From an uncultured bacterium (GTDB lineage Bacteria > DUMJ01), in NCBI GenBank assembly GCA_964655195.1, contig CAZZLK010000021.1:3377-67376 (forward strand): a DNA stretch of 64,000 nt. The letters are read 5' to 3'. Numbering within the stretch: position 1 is the stretch's first letter; each line of letters opens with the position of its first letter. Made by a program: the position numbers and the translations under genes. This document shows, piece after piece, positions 1 to 10,396 of this stretch. The notes beneath the pieces were generated by a model. The model saw only the letters and a list, made by a program, of their open reading frames with translations, searched no databases and was not told the origin of the DNA.

Positions 1-187
1 ATTTTTAAGGGATGAGTTAGATCTCACAATCATTCTGATAGAGCATGATATGCGTGTAGTAATGAACATATGTGAAAGAGTAATAGTATTAAACTATGGA
101 GAGATTATAGCGGAAGGAACTCCTGATGAAATAAAGACTAAACCTGAAGTATTAGAGGCTTATTTAGGCAGTGCCGCAGTAGGATGA
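1..187 (+). CDS. 3' end of a branched-chain amino acid ABC transporter ATP-binding protein (LivG-like); 5' part lies outside the window
   Basis: Frame from nt 2 reads ...[45 protein letters not shown].. and stops at TGA 185-187. This resembles the C-terminal tail of LivG/LivF-type ATPases (..AYLG). Confidence 0.6.
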   Translation, partial: FLRDELDLTIILIEHDMRVVMNICERVIVLNYGEIIAEGTPDEIKTKPEVLEAYLGSAAVG

Positions 188-200
188 CGGAGGTGTAAAG

Positions 201-1376
201 GTGAAAAGATATATCAAATACTTTAATGCAGAGTCGGTAACTGAAGGACATCCGGATAAGATAGCTGATCAGATCTCTGATGCTATCCTAGATAGTTATT
301 TAGAGAAAGATCCAGAGTCGAGAGTTGCCTGTGAAACCTTAACTACGCTTGGATTGATCCATGTAACAGGAGAGATATCTAGTAGGGCAATGATAGATAT
401 AAACAAGGTAATAAGAAACACAGTAAAGGAAATAGGATATACTGATGCATCTTATGGACTCGATGCTGATAGTTGTGGAATACTTGTGTCTCTTAAAGAA
501 CAGTCTCCGGATATAGCTCAGGGCGTCATAAAGGACAAAGATATTGGTGCTGGAGATCAGGGACTTATGTTTGGTTATGCAACCAACGAAGCTATGGATA
601 TTATGGAAAGTGCTTCATATATGCCTACACCTATAATACTAGCTCATCGCCTAGCTTATAGACTGGCTGAGGTAAGAAAATCTGGCTTTCTTTCCTATTT
701 AAGACCCGACGGAAAGACTCAGGTCACGGTGGTCTATGATGGAGATAGACCGGTAAGGGTAGATAGGGTGGTCATTGCTGCACAACACGATCCTGACGTA
801 GATATGAACAAACTCAGAGAAGAGATTATAGAATATGTAATAAAGTATACAATCCCTAAAGAATGGTTAGATAAAGATACAAAGTACTATATAAATGCTA
901 CTGGAAGATTTGTAATCGGTGGACCGGCAGGAGATGCTGGACTTACTGGCAGAAAGATAATAGTGGATACCTACGGTGGAATGGCAAGACACGGAGGAGG
1001 ATGTTTCTCTGGTAAAGATCCTACCAAGGTAGATAGGTCTGCTGCTTATATGGCTAGGTATACTGCTAAGAACATAGTGGCTAGTGGATTAGCAGATAAG
1101 TGTGAAGTACAGGTGGCCTATGTGATAGGGGTAAGCGAACCAATCTCTCTATATGTAGAGACATTCAATACTGAAAAGGTTGACCCTGAAAAGTTAAACA
1201 GAGTAGTAAGAGAACTTTTTGACTTTAGGCCCAAGAGCATAATAGAAAATTTCAATCTCAGAAGGCCTATCTACAGAAAACTGGCAGCTTACGGCCACTT
1301 TGGAAGAATAGATCTGGATTTACCTTGGGAAAGGCTTGATAAAGTAGATGAATTAAAGAATGCCTTTAACATATGA
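201..1376 (+). CDS. metK: S-adenosylmethionine synthetase
   Basis: Hallmark MetK motifs [16 protein letters not shown] and [22 protein letters not shown]. Length 391 aa. GTG start at 201 with GGAGGTG 4 nt upstream. Confidence 0.95.
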   Translation: MKRYIKYFNAESVTEGHPDKIADQISDAILDSYLEKDPESRVACETLTTLGLIHVTGEISSRAMIDINKVIRNTVKEIGYTDASYGLDADSCGILVSLKEQSPDIAQGVIKDKDIGAGDQGLMFGYATNEAMDIMESASYMPTPIILAHRLAYRLAEVRKSGFLSYLRPDGKTQVTVVYDGDRPVRVDRVVIAAQHDPDVDMNKLREEIIEYVIKYTIPKEWLDKDTKYYINATGRFVIGGPAGDAGLTGRKIIVDTYGGMARHGGGCFSGKDPTKVDRSAAYMARYTAKNIVASGLADKCEVQVAYVIGVSEPISLYVETFNTEKVDPEKLNRVVRELFDFRPKSIIENFNLRRPIYRKLAAYGHFGRIDLDLPWERLDKVDELKNAFNI

Positions 1377-3288
1377 TATTCTTATAGATAGAAATGCCCC
1401 GAAAGATTTGATTTTTTCTTATTCTTCGAATAACGTCCTCCGGATAGGAGATTATGTTGCGGTTCTCTTAAAGGGACATCTGGCGAAAGGTTATGTAATA
1501 AAAGAAAACAAGGAAGTATCTGTCCAAGACTCAAAGATGGTCTTGGACAGAATATTTGATGTGCCTTTAGTCTTACCCCATCTTTTAGATCTTGCATATT
1601 GGATTTCTGAGTATTATATATGTAATCTCTCTCAGGCATTAGCAACAGTAATTCCCCCAGAGATAAGGAATATAGATGTAAAATATGATGGTACCTTAAA
1701 AGTTAAGGTGCCAAAAACAAGAAGAAAGAAAAAGAAAAAAGGTTATGCAGGTTACATACCCCTTTCTGACTATGAAACTCCTCTTCTAGGGGAATACAGA
1801 AATCTTTTAGTAAAGCTTCCAATCGAAGAGAGGCTTAGTGTCTACTTGAAACTTATAGAAAAAGAAAGAGATAATGGCAAAGGAGTAGTTGTACTATTCC
1901 CCGAAGTAGATACCCTCCTAGCAGTAGAAGATAAGTTTAGAAAGGAATATGAAGGGGATATCGCCATGTTATACAGTGGACAGAGCCCTGCAGTAAAGAA
2001 TGAGGAATGGTGGCGTATAAGGTATGGCAAGGTTAAAATAGTCTTAGGAACCAGATCAGCCATATTTGCCCCACTAGAAAATCTAGGATTGATAATTATT
2101 GATGGGGAAGAGAGTGACAGCTATAAAGATGAGAGTAGACCTCTCTATGATGCTAGGACGATAGCTTACAGGATTCAAGAATTGTTAGGATGTAAGGTTA
2201 TATTTGGAAGCAGTACCCCTTCATTGGATACATATAAGAGGGTCACAGAGAACAGAATAAATATCATTACCGAAGATAGAACAAGGGATCTGAGTAATAT
2301 AAAATCAGTAAATATGAAAGGGAGAAGGGGTTTTCTCAGCAGAGAACTGATACATTATTGCAAGGTCTCCTTGGCTAGAAAAAAACAGATACTTATACTG
2401 GTCAATAGAAAGGGATATTTTACCCTTGAAGTCTGTAAGAATTGTGGGTATATCGAGAGATGCCCAAACTGTAATATTGCGCTAGTATATCATAAGGATG
2501 AAGGACTTGAATGTCACTACTGCGGATATAGTATAGATAAAATGGATCAGTGTCCAGAATGTGGGGGAAAAATGGAACTGTTTGGTTACGGTGTAGAGAG
2601 GATAGAAGAGATACTACAGAAGATATTCCCTAAAGCTAGAATAGCCAGAATGGATGCAGACCTTCCCACCAAAGAGATTAACGAGATATGGGAGAGATTC
2701 ATAAACGGGAATATAGACATTCTGGTTGGAACGCAGATGATAGCGAAGGGTTTTCGTCTCCCAAATGTTGCCCTAACTGGAATTTTAGCCTCAGACTTGG
2801 CTCTGAATCTACCTGACTTCAAAGTTAGCGAAAGAATCTTTCAGCTTATATATAGCTTGGCTGAACAAACAGGGAATAACAAATATTTAGTGATTCAGAG
2901 TATGCTTCCCAGTTATTATCCTATAAAGTATGCGAGCAGGTTGGATTATGAGAGCTTCTACAGATATGAATCTCAACTACGGAGGTCTCTTGGATATCCT
3001 CCCTATAGTCACATAGTAAGAATAGTCGTCTCCGGAAAAGATGAGGAGAGTGTAAAAACTATAGCGGCCTCTCTAGCTCTTGACATAGAGAGAAGATTGA
3101 GGATAGACTATTCAGGGCCTGCTAGATGTCCTTTCTATAGGATAAAAAAGACATTTCACTGGCATATTCTTTTGAAGATAAAAGACCTAACTGTAGACAT
3201 AATGAAAGTTGTAAAAGAACTTGTAGGGGCTTATAATTATAAAGACATTGGTATAATGGTAGACGTAGATCCTGTGTCTATGTTATAG
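1360..3288 (+). CDS. priA: Primosomal protein N' (PriA) homolog with degenerate ATPase/helicase motifs
   Basis: N-terminal 3' DNA-binding-domain-like region. Cys-rich zinc module [38 protein letters not shown]. PriA-like blocks GTRSAIF and GTQMIAKGF. Overlaps metK by 17 nt. No Walker A: [14 protein letters not shown] sits where GVTGSGKTEVYL is expected. The DEEH box reads DGEE at nt 2101-2112. The arginine-finger region reads AEQTGNNK. Confidence 0.85.
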   Translation: MPLTYDILIDRNAPKDLIFSYSSNNVLRIGDYVAVLLKGHLAKGYVIKENKEVSVQDSKMVLDRIFDVPLVLPHLLDLAYWISEYYICNLSQALATVIPPEIRNIDVKYDGTLKVKVPKTRRKKKKKGYAGYIPLSDYETPLLGEYRNLLVKLPIEERLSVYLKLIEKERDNGKGVVVLFPEVDTLLAVEDKFRKEYEGDIAMLYSGQSPAVKNEEWWRIRYGKVKIVLGTRSAIFAPLENLGLIIIDGEESDSYKDESRPLYDARTIAYRIQELLGCKVIFGSSTPSLDTYKRVTENRINIITEDRTRDLSNIKSVNMKGRRGFLSRELIHYCKVSLARKKQILILVNRKGYFTLEVCKNCGYIERCPNCNIALVYHKDEGLECHYCGYSIDKMDQCPECGGKMELFGYGVERIEEILQKIFPKARIARMDADLPTKEINEIWERFINGNIDILVGTQMIAKGFRLPNVALTGILASDLALNLPDFKVSERIFQLIYSLAEQTGNNKYLVIQSMLPSYYPIKYASRLDYESFYRYESQLRRSLGYPPYSHIVRIVVSGKDEESVKTIAASLALDIERRLRIDYSGPARCPFYRIKKTFHWHILLKIKDLTVDIMKVVKELVGAYNYKDIGIMVDVDPVSML

Positions 3289-3309
3289 ATACCTCAGGAG
3301 GGAAAATAT

Positions 3310-3774
3310 ATGTCGGGAGTAGCGATAAGAATTTACGGGGATCCAGTTTTAAGGCAGAAGGCTGTTCCTGTAAATAAGATAGATAGAAGGATAAAGAGGC
3401 TTGTTAGATATATGGAAGAAGCTATGGAAAAGGCTAATGGGATTGGCTTAGCCGCTCCTCAGGTAGGAGTAAGTGAGAGGGTTATTATAGTAAAGATAAG
3501 ATCCCCTATAGTTGTAGTAAATCCAGTAATTACTTATATGGAGGGAGAAGAACTAGGAGAAGAGGGCTGTTTAAGTATTCCAAATGTCGTTGGAGATGTA
3601 AGTAGGGCAACTAGAATTATAGTTAAGGGATTAGATCTAAATGAGAGGGAGATAGAGATAGAGGCAAATAATCTTTCTGCTAGAGCATTTCAACACGAAA
3701 TTGATCATCTAGATGGCATACTATTTATAGATAGAGCCATATCTATAAGGAAGGTGGAAAAATCCTCAGAATAG
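3310..3774 (+). CDS. def: Peptide deformylase
   Basis: Motifs GIGLAAPQVG, EGCLSIP and QHEIDHLDG. 154 aa. GGAGGG SD upstream. Confidence 0.93.
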   Translation: MSGVAIRIYGDPVLRQKAVPVNKIDRRIKRLVRYMEEAMEKANGIGLAAPQVGVSERVIIVKIRSPIVVVNPVITYMEGEELGEEGCLSIPNVVGDVSRATRIIVKGLDLNEREIEIEANNLSARAFQHEIDHLDGILFIDRAISIRKVEKSSE

Positions 3775-4676
3775 TATTTTGGGGCACTCCAGAATTTGCT
3801 CTCCCATCTTTAGAAAGGTTAAAGGATAAGATATCCCTGGTGATCACTAAACCGGATAAACCTCAGGGGAGAGGATTAAAACTAAAGCCTTCTCCAGTTA
3901 AATCGAAGGCGTTAGAGCTTAATATACCTGTACTCTCTCCGGAAAAGTTGAGCGAGATAAAAGATAAACTTTCAGGGTTTGACCTTGGTATAGTGGTGGC
4001 TTATGGACTTATTATTCCAAAGAAGATAATAGATATGTTTCCAAAGGGTATTATAAATCTCCATCCATCTCTCCTTCCTAAATACAGGGGACCTGCTCCA
4101 ATACAGTGGGCAATAATGAATGGAGAAGAAGAGACTGGGGTTAGTATAATATACCTTACTGAAGAATTAGATGCTGGAGACATCATCTTACAGGAAAGAG
4201 TCAAAATCTTTCCAGAAGACACAACAGAAACTCTCTCTGAAAGGTTAAGTATGATTGGTGCAGAGGTACTGGAGAGGGCTATAGGACTGATAGAAACAGG
4301 TAGTATAAATCCTATCCCTCAGGAACTCCTAGGGACCGTATCCTATGCTCCAAAGATCGACCCGGAGATGGGTAAAATTATCTGGAATGCCAGGAGTAAA
4401 GACATCGTAAACAAGATTCGAGCCCTTACCCCCTGGCCTAAGGCATATTTCTACAGATGTGGATTAAGAATAAATATTTTAGAGGGGGAACCTTCTCCTA
4501 TAAAAGGAGAACCAGGAAGAGTCATAAGTGTTGAAGAAAAGGGGATATTAGTTGGGACTCAAGATGGAAGTGTGTGGATCAAAAAGGTCCAACCAGAAAG
4601 TAGAAAGGTCATCAGTGGATATGATTTTGCCAATGGTTATAGGATAAAAGAGGGAAGTTTTTTAGCAGATGAATAA
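3762..4676 (+). CDS. fmt: Methionyl-tRNA formyltransferase; proposed non-canonical ATC start
   Basis: The ORF track starts at an internal GTG (3840). The same frame is open from 3735 and encodes the canonical Fmt N-terminus (I)LRIVFWGTPEFALPSLERL. There is no ATG/GTG/TTG in that stretch. ATC at 3762 sits 4 nt after an AAGGAAGGTGG SD-like element and overlaps the def stop. Catalytic region HPSLLPKYRG is present. Confidence 0.8.
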   Translation: MLRIVFWGTPEFALPSLERLKDKISLVITKPDKPQGRGLKLKPSPVKSKALELNIPVLSPEKLSEIKDKLSGFDLGIVVAYGLIIPKKIIDMFPKGIINLHPSLLPKYRGPAPIQWAIMNGEEETGVSIIYLTEELDAGDIILQERVKIFPEDTTETLSERLSMIGAEVLERAIGLIETGSINPIPQELLGTVSYAPKIDPEMGKIIWNARSKDIVNKIRALTPWPKAYFYRCGLRINILEGEPSPIKGEPGRVISVEEKGILVGTQDGSVWIKKVQPESRKVISGYDFANGYRIKEGSFLADE

Positions 4677-5931
4677 GATAATAGAAGCTAAGAAGATAGC
4701 TTACGAGATTCTCCTATCAGTGGAAAGAAAGATGTCTTATGCTAATACCTTAATGAGAGAGAGATTGAGTGAAATCCCTTCAATATACAATCCCCTTATA
4801 ACTGATATTGTATATGGGGTATTGAGAAGAAAGAATACATTAGACTGGTATATATCAAACTTCGTAAAAACAGAAAGGTTAGACCTAGGTCTCCTTACAA
4901 TCCTTCGTATAGGAGCTTATCAGATTTTGTACCACAGTACTCCTATACCACTTGTGGTGAATGAGGCTGTAGAAATGGGGAAGATTCTAGTAAGTAGGAA
5001 GGCTAGCAGATTAATAAATGCAGTACTTAGAAGGATAGCAACTACCGATCTAAAGCCAGAAGAAAAAACAATAGTCTATTCCCATCCTAAATGGCTTATA
5101 GACAAATGGGAAAAGGAGTTGGGAGAAGAAGATACAAGATTACTGTGTGAGAGGAACAATAACCCTATGCCACTAAGCTTCCGGGTGAATGTCTTAAAAA
5201 CAGATATAGAGACAATAGAGACCGCTCTTACTAAAAGAGGATTAACCGTTACAAGAGGTAAGTTTAGCAGAAATTGCCTAATCTTAAAGGAGGGAGAGAT
5301 AACCCCTATAGTGGAGCTAGAAGATGAGGGTAAGGTTTTTATTCAGTCAGAGCCATCAATGGTTGTAGTAGAGCTATTGGATCTTAACCCTGGACTCAGA
5401 GTTTTAGATGGATGTTCTGGCATCGGAGGTAAAACCACCTACATCGCAGAACTTATGTCAAATATCGGAGAGATCATTGCTGTAGACAAAGTTAAAGACA
5501 AATTAAAATTCCTTAAAGCACTGGCTATCAAGAGGAACATATCAATAATTAGGAGTATTGAGAGCCCAGTAGAAGATCTGAAACCCGAAGAGATAGGATA
5601 TTTTGACAGGATATTGCTAGACGTCCCCTGCTCGGGGTTAGGCACTCTTTCTAGAAAGCCAGAGATAAAATGGAGGCTAAGAATAGATGATATCAGTAAG
5701 TTGTCTGAGATGCAGAAGAAGATACTCAATAGTGGTTCTAAGTTTTTGAAGCCTGGAGGAATCCTAATCTATAGCGCCTGTACAATCTCTAGAGAAGAAA
5801 CTTATGATATAATAAAATCGTTTATAAGTGAAAATAGAGATTATTTTCTTATAGAGGAAAGACAATTCCTCCCACATATAGATGATGTGGAGGGGTTTTA
5901 TATAGCCAAAATTCGGAGAGGCTATGCGTAG
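4669..5931 (+). CDS. rsmB: 16S rRNA (cytosine967-C5)-methyltransferase RsmB/Sun (NusB-like N-terminal domain plus MTase)
   Basis: Motif DVPCSGLGTLSRKPEIKWR and a C-terminal SAM-MTase fold. Position after fmt is as in many bacteria. Confidence 0.88.
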   Translation: MNKIIEAKKIAYEILLSVERKMSYANTLMRERLSEIPSIYNPLITDIVYGVLRRKNTLDWYISNFVKTERLDLGLLTILRIGAYQILYHSTPIPLVVNEAVEMGKILVSRKASRLINAVLRRIATTDLKPEEKTIVYSHPKWLIDKWEKELGEEDTRLLCERNNNPMPLSFRVNVLKTDIETIETALTKRGLTVTRGKFSRNCLILKEGEITPIVELEDEGKVFIQSEPSMVVVELLDLNPGLRVLDGCSGIGGKTTYIAELMSNIGEIIAVDKVKDKLKFLKALAIKRNISIIRSIESPVEDLKPEEIGYFDRILLDVPCSGLGTLSRKPEIKWRLRIDDISKLSEMQKKILNSGSKFLKPGGILIYSACTISREETYDIIKSFISENRDYFLIEERQFLPHIDDVEGFYIAKIRRGYA

Positions 5932-6943
5932 TATCCTTGGGATAAATAGTGAGGAATTAAGAGATATCCTTATAGAGAAAGGATATGAGCCATACAGAGT
6001 TCGCCAGATATTGGAATGGATATATGATAAAGCAGTATTGGATTTTTACTCGATGAGTAATCTACCAAAGGAATTACGAAATTTTCTATCCAGTAACTTT
6101 TCCGTAATACCATTTGATCTGGTGACTTATGCCCAAGATGAGGAAACAATCAAGTTTGTCTTTAAAACTGAAGATAATCTCACATTTGAATCGGTAGTAA
6201 TATTCCATCATAACAGGATAACTCTCTGTCTCTCCTCCCAGATAGGGTGTCCCATAGGGTGTAAATTCTGTGCTACTGGTGAATCTTTTCATAGAAATCT
6301 TACATATGAAGAGATAATAGGACAGTATATCTTTGCTAGAAGTTATGTAAAAAAAGATATACGCAGTATAGTATTTATGGGGATGGGAGAACCTTTTCTG
6401 AATGAGGAGAATGTATTCAGAGCGATAGATACATTTATCCAGGAGTTAAATATATCTCCAAGGCACATAACTGTTTCTACATCTGGAATCCCTCGAGGGA
6501 TAATAAATCTGGCTCACAAACATCCTAAGGTCAGACTGGCATTCTCTTTATGGACCCCTGACGAGAGAAAAAGAGAAGGGCTAGTGCCTTTAGCAAATAC
6601 TTATAAGTTAGAAATTATTCTAAGAAGTCTAAAAGAATACGTAAGTATAACTGGTAACAGGATTTCAGTCGAATATACACTGCTCAAAGGAATTAATGAT
6701 GATATAGATGATGCCCATAGACTTGTAGAGCTTTTTAAGGATGTCCCTGTATTTTTCAATGTAATACTTTACAATCCTAAGGACAGAGATACTGAAGCCT
6801 ATAGGACATCTGTAAAAGAAGCCTTAAGATTTGTTGATCTGATAAAAAGTTTAGGGAAAGAGGCTTATCTGAGGATAAGTAAGGGAGAAAGGATCTCAGG
6901 AGCCTGTGGTCAATTGAGGACCGCCTATGAGAGATCTAGGTGA
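5924..6943 (+). CDS. rlmN: 23S rRNA/tRNA adenine-C2 methyltransferase RlmN (radical SAM)
   Basis: CxxxCxxC cluster SQIGCPIGCKFCATG. C-terminal catalytic Cys context GACGQL. Confidence 0.9.
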   Translation: MRSILGINSEELRDILIEKGYEPYRVRQILEWIYDKAVLDFYSMSNLPKELRNFLSSNFSVIPFDLVTYAQDEETIKFVFKTEDNLTFESVVIFHHNRITLCLSSQIGCPIGCKFCATGESFHRNLTYEEIIGQYIFARSYVKKDIRSIVFMGMGEPFLNEENVFRAIDTFIQELNISPRHITVSTSGIPRGIINLAHKHPKVRLAFSLWTPDERKREGLVPLANTYKLEIILRSLKEYVSITGNRISVEYTLLKGINDDIDDAHRLVELFKDVPVFFNVILYNPKDRDTEAYRTSVKEALRFVDLIKSLGKEAYLRISKGERISGACGQLRTAYERSR

Positions 6944-8411
6944 AAGATTTATTATCTTAGAAGAGTCTAAGGGAGATAGGATAAGAGCTTATGACAAACT
7001 ATTAACAAGGTTTGTTAGTCTAAGACAGATAAGAACTAATCTCGGAGTAGGTAAGGTTATAGCTGTATTGGATAGAATTATAAATCTAAATGATGAGTTC
7101 CTAAAAGTTATTGGGTATCAGGCGTTAGATAATGGGATACTATATGCTATAGAAGAGATCCCTCCACAGGAAAATGTAGAGATAAGAAACAATATAAAAG
7201 AGCTATTACAGGTTACAAGGTATATAGGTAGGATGTTTGAGTATCTTAATGCCCAAGGTTTAAGAATAAAGTTGCCAGATATAGACAAGATATATAAAGA
7301 AAGCGACATAAGGTATCTTGTATCTCCCCTAGATTTGATAGACATAAATAATCCGGAAAAAGTGCAGAGTAAGGAGGAGATATTAAATATTCTCGCATCC
7401 TTCTTTATGAACTATGCCCCCCAATCGTTAAGGGATACTTTGTCTTCACTTATTGAGAGAAATATAATATCTAAGCTTAATAATGTAGAGACGCTGGTAA
7501 ATATGTTGAATACATTCATCCTTCAGGAGGAACGAATGAGAACTAAGTCGGACAGTAAAAAGATTGCTGAAGAGGTAAAAAGAGAGAAGAAAAGAATAAG
7601 TCCCTGGGTCTTTATCATAACAGTACTTCTTGTCCTTGCTGGTATTAGCGTCTGGTTATTATATTCTCTGGGAGAAAGATTATTCTTCTCCGAAGGGACA
7701 ATACCAGACGTTATAGTCCCTGATATAATAAATAGGCCCCTTCCTGAGGCATATAGTATTCTTAAGGCTTCAGGGCTTAATATAGAGATCTCTGGATTGG
7801 AATACAGTAGCGCCATTCCTTCCGGGAATATCATCTCGCAGGACCCTAGTGGAGGATTAAAAGTAAAAGCGGGAAGGAATGTAAAAGTAATAATAAGTAA
7901 AGGGATCGAGCTTGTTAATGTTCCCAATATCGTAGGGCAGGAATTAGGTAATGCTAGGAAAATCCTGGAATCAGTAGGTTTGAAGATAGGGGATATAATA
8001 GAAACCCCTACCAGGACAGTCCCAAATGGTATAGTACTCTCACAAAACCCCAAATATGGTAGTATTACTAGTAAAAATTCTCTAGTAGCTGTAGAGATAT
8101 CCAAACATCTCCAGAGTAATATGCCTAATTTAATAGGCAAGACCCAAGAGGAAGCTGAAAGTTTATTAAGATCTCTCGGTCAGTACATACTTGTGATTAA
8201 AGAGAGAGAAAGCGATAATCCCGGGGTTGTCATATCTCAAAATCCCCCGGCTAATACATCCTTACTGCAGGAGATTCCCAGGATAGAGATTACAATAGGA
8301 ATTCCTAAAAAGGCTATCCCTCAACCTCCATCACATCCAAATCTAGAAGAGGTACCAATCGAAGGGCAGACAGAGACCTCACCCAATACTGAGACATTGC
8401 CATCAGAGTAG
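6927..8411 (+). CDS. PASTA-domain membrane protein with degenerate N-terminal Ser/Thr-kinase-like domain (PrkC/PknB-derived pseudokinase)
   Basis: One TM helix (ISPWVFIITVLLVLAGISVWLLY) followed by three PASTA-like repeats (e.g. PDIINRPLPEAYSILKASGLNIEI...NIISQDPSGG..KVKAGRNVKVIISKG). The N-terminal ~150 aa aligns to kinase subdomains but reads RFIILEESKGD in place of the Gly loop, VSLR for VAIK, RIKLPDID for HRD and SPLDLI for DFG. It occupies the prkC slot after rlmN. Confidence 0.7.
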   Translation: MRDLGERFIILEESKGDRIRAYDKLLTRFVSLRQIRTNLGVGKVIAVLDRIINLNDEFLKVIGYQALDNGILYAIEEIPPQENVEIRNNIKELLQVTRYIGRMFEYLNAQGLRIKLPDIDKIYKESDIRYLVSPLDLIDINNPEKVQSKEEILNILASFFMNYAPQSLRDTLSSLIERNIISKLNNVETLVNMLNTFILQEERMRTKSDSKKIAEEVKREKKRISPWVFIITVLLVLAGISVWLLYSLGERLFFSEGTIPDVIVPDIINRPLPEAYSILKASGLNIEISGLEYSSAIPSGNIISQDPSGGLKVKAGRNVKVIISKGIELVNVPNIVGQELGNARKILESVGLKIGDIIETPTRTVPNGIVLSQNPKYGSITSKNSLVAVEISKHLQSNMPNLIGKTQEEAESLLRSLGQYILVIKERESDNPGVVISQNPPANTSLLQEIPRIEITIGIPKKAIPQPPSHPNLEEVPIEGQTETSPNTETLPSE

Positions 8412-8415
8412 AGAT

Positions 8416-9240
8416 ATGAGAGTTATAGATACTTTACAGATAAGTGACTGTGTAGAAGAATTATGCAAAAGGTTAAATTATAAACTAAATGATAGGGTTT
8501 TATCCCTTATCAAAGACTCAGCAAAAAGAGAAACTTCCAGTATTGGTCAGGATGTATTCTCCCAGATGTTTACCAGTTATAGACTGGCAGAGGAGAATAA
8601 GACTCCTTTATGCCAGGACACAGGGATGGTCTCTGTATTTCTAGATGTAGGCCAGGAAGTATTTTTAAAAGGTCTTCCTGTAGAAGAAGCTATAAACATC
8701 GGAGTAAGGAGAGCTTATACGGGTTCCTTTTTTAGATGTTCTGTAGTAAAAGACCCTATAGGTAGAAGAGAGAACACAATGGATAATACTCCGTGCATTA
8801 TACATACCAGAATTATCGAAGGGGATAAGATTAGACTTTATATGCTGATAAAGGGTTTTGGAAGTGAAAATGCAACGGCATTAAGAATGTTTCCTCCTAC
8901 CGCCAGTAAAAAAGATATAGAAGAATTTTTACTGGATCTGGTGAAAGAAAAAGGTATAAATGCCTGTCCTCCACTTTTTATTGGGATAGGCATAGGAGGA
9001 ACCGCAGACTATGCACTGAAACTCTCCAAGGAAGCATTGCTTCAACTTGAACCAATGGATGAATGGGAGTCTTACCTGTTGAAAAAGATTAATAGTCTAA
9101 GAATAGGACCGGCAGGGCTAGGTGGCGATATTACAGCGGTTTATGTAAAGGTAAAGTCCTTTCCAACCCATATAGCAGGCTTACCGGTAGCTATAAATAT
9201 CAATTGCCATATACTTAGAGTAGGGAGTGTGATCCTGTAG
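8416..9240 (+). CDS. Class I fumarate hydratase (or L-tartrate dehydratase) alpha subunit, Fe-S type
   Basis: CQDTGMV motif of the FumA/TtdA N-terminal domain. 274 aa. Confidence 0.85.
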   Translation: MRVIDTLQISDCVEELCKRLNYKLNDRVLSLIKDSAKRETSSIGQDVFSQMFTSYRLAEENKTPLCQDTGMVSVFLDVGQEVFLKGLPVEEAINIGVRRAYTGSFFRCSVVKDPIGRRENTMDNTPCIIHTRIIEGDKIRLYMLIKGFGSENATALRMFPPTASKKDIEEFLLDLVKEKGINACPPLFIGIGIGGTADYALKLSKEALLQLEPMDEWESYLLKKINSLRIGPAGLGGDITAVYVKVKSFPTHIAGLPVAININCHILRVGSVIL

Positions 9241-9244
9241 CGCT

Positions 9245-10386
<1,142 letters not shown>

Positions 10387-10396
10387 GAAAAAGCTT

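Noticed and set aside
1701-1745. Purine/A-rich tract (..aagaagaaagaaaaagaaaaaagg..) as a possible slippage or phase-variation site
   Set aside because: The longest homopolymer is only A6. It lies in frame within priA and encodes a Lys run. No evidence of frameshifting.
3310-4676. Possible def-fmt fusion or programmed frameshift
   Set aside because: def ends at a clean TAG, and fmt is in a different frame with its own SD-like element. A simple overlap with a non-canonical fmt start explains the data.
7523-8140. 205-aa ORF on the - strand inside the PASTA gene
   Set aside because: Antisense to a well-supported gene. Low-complexity S/I/L-rich translation and no motif. Typical shadow ORF in an AT-rich genome.
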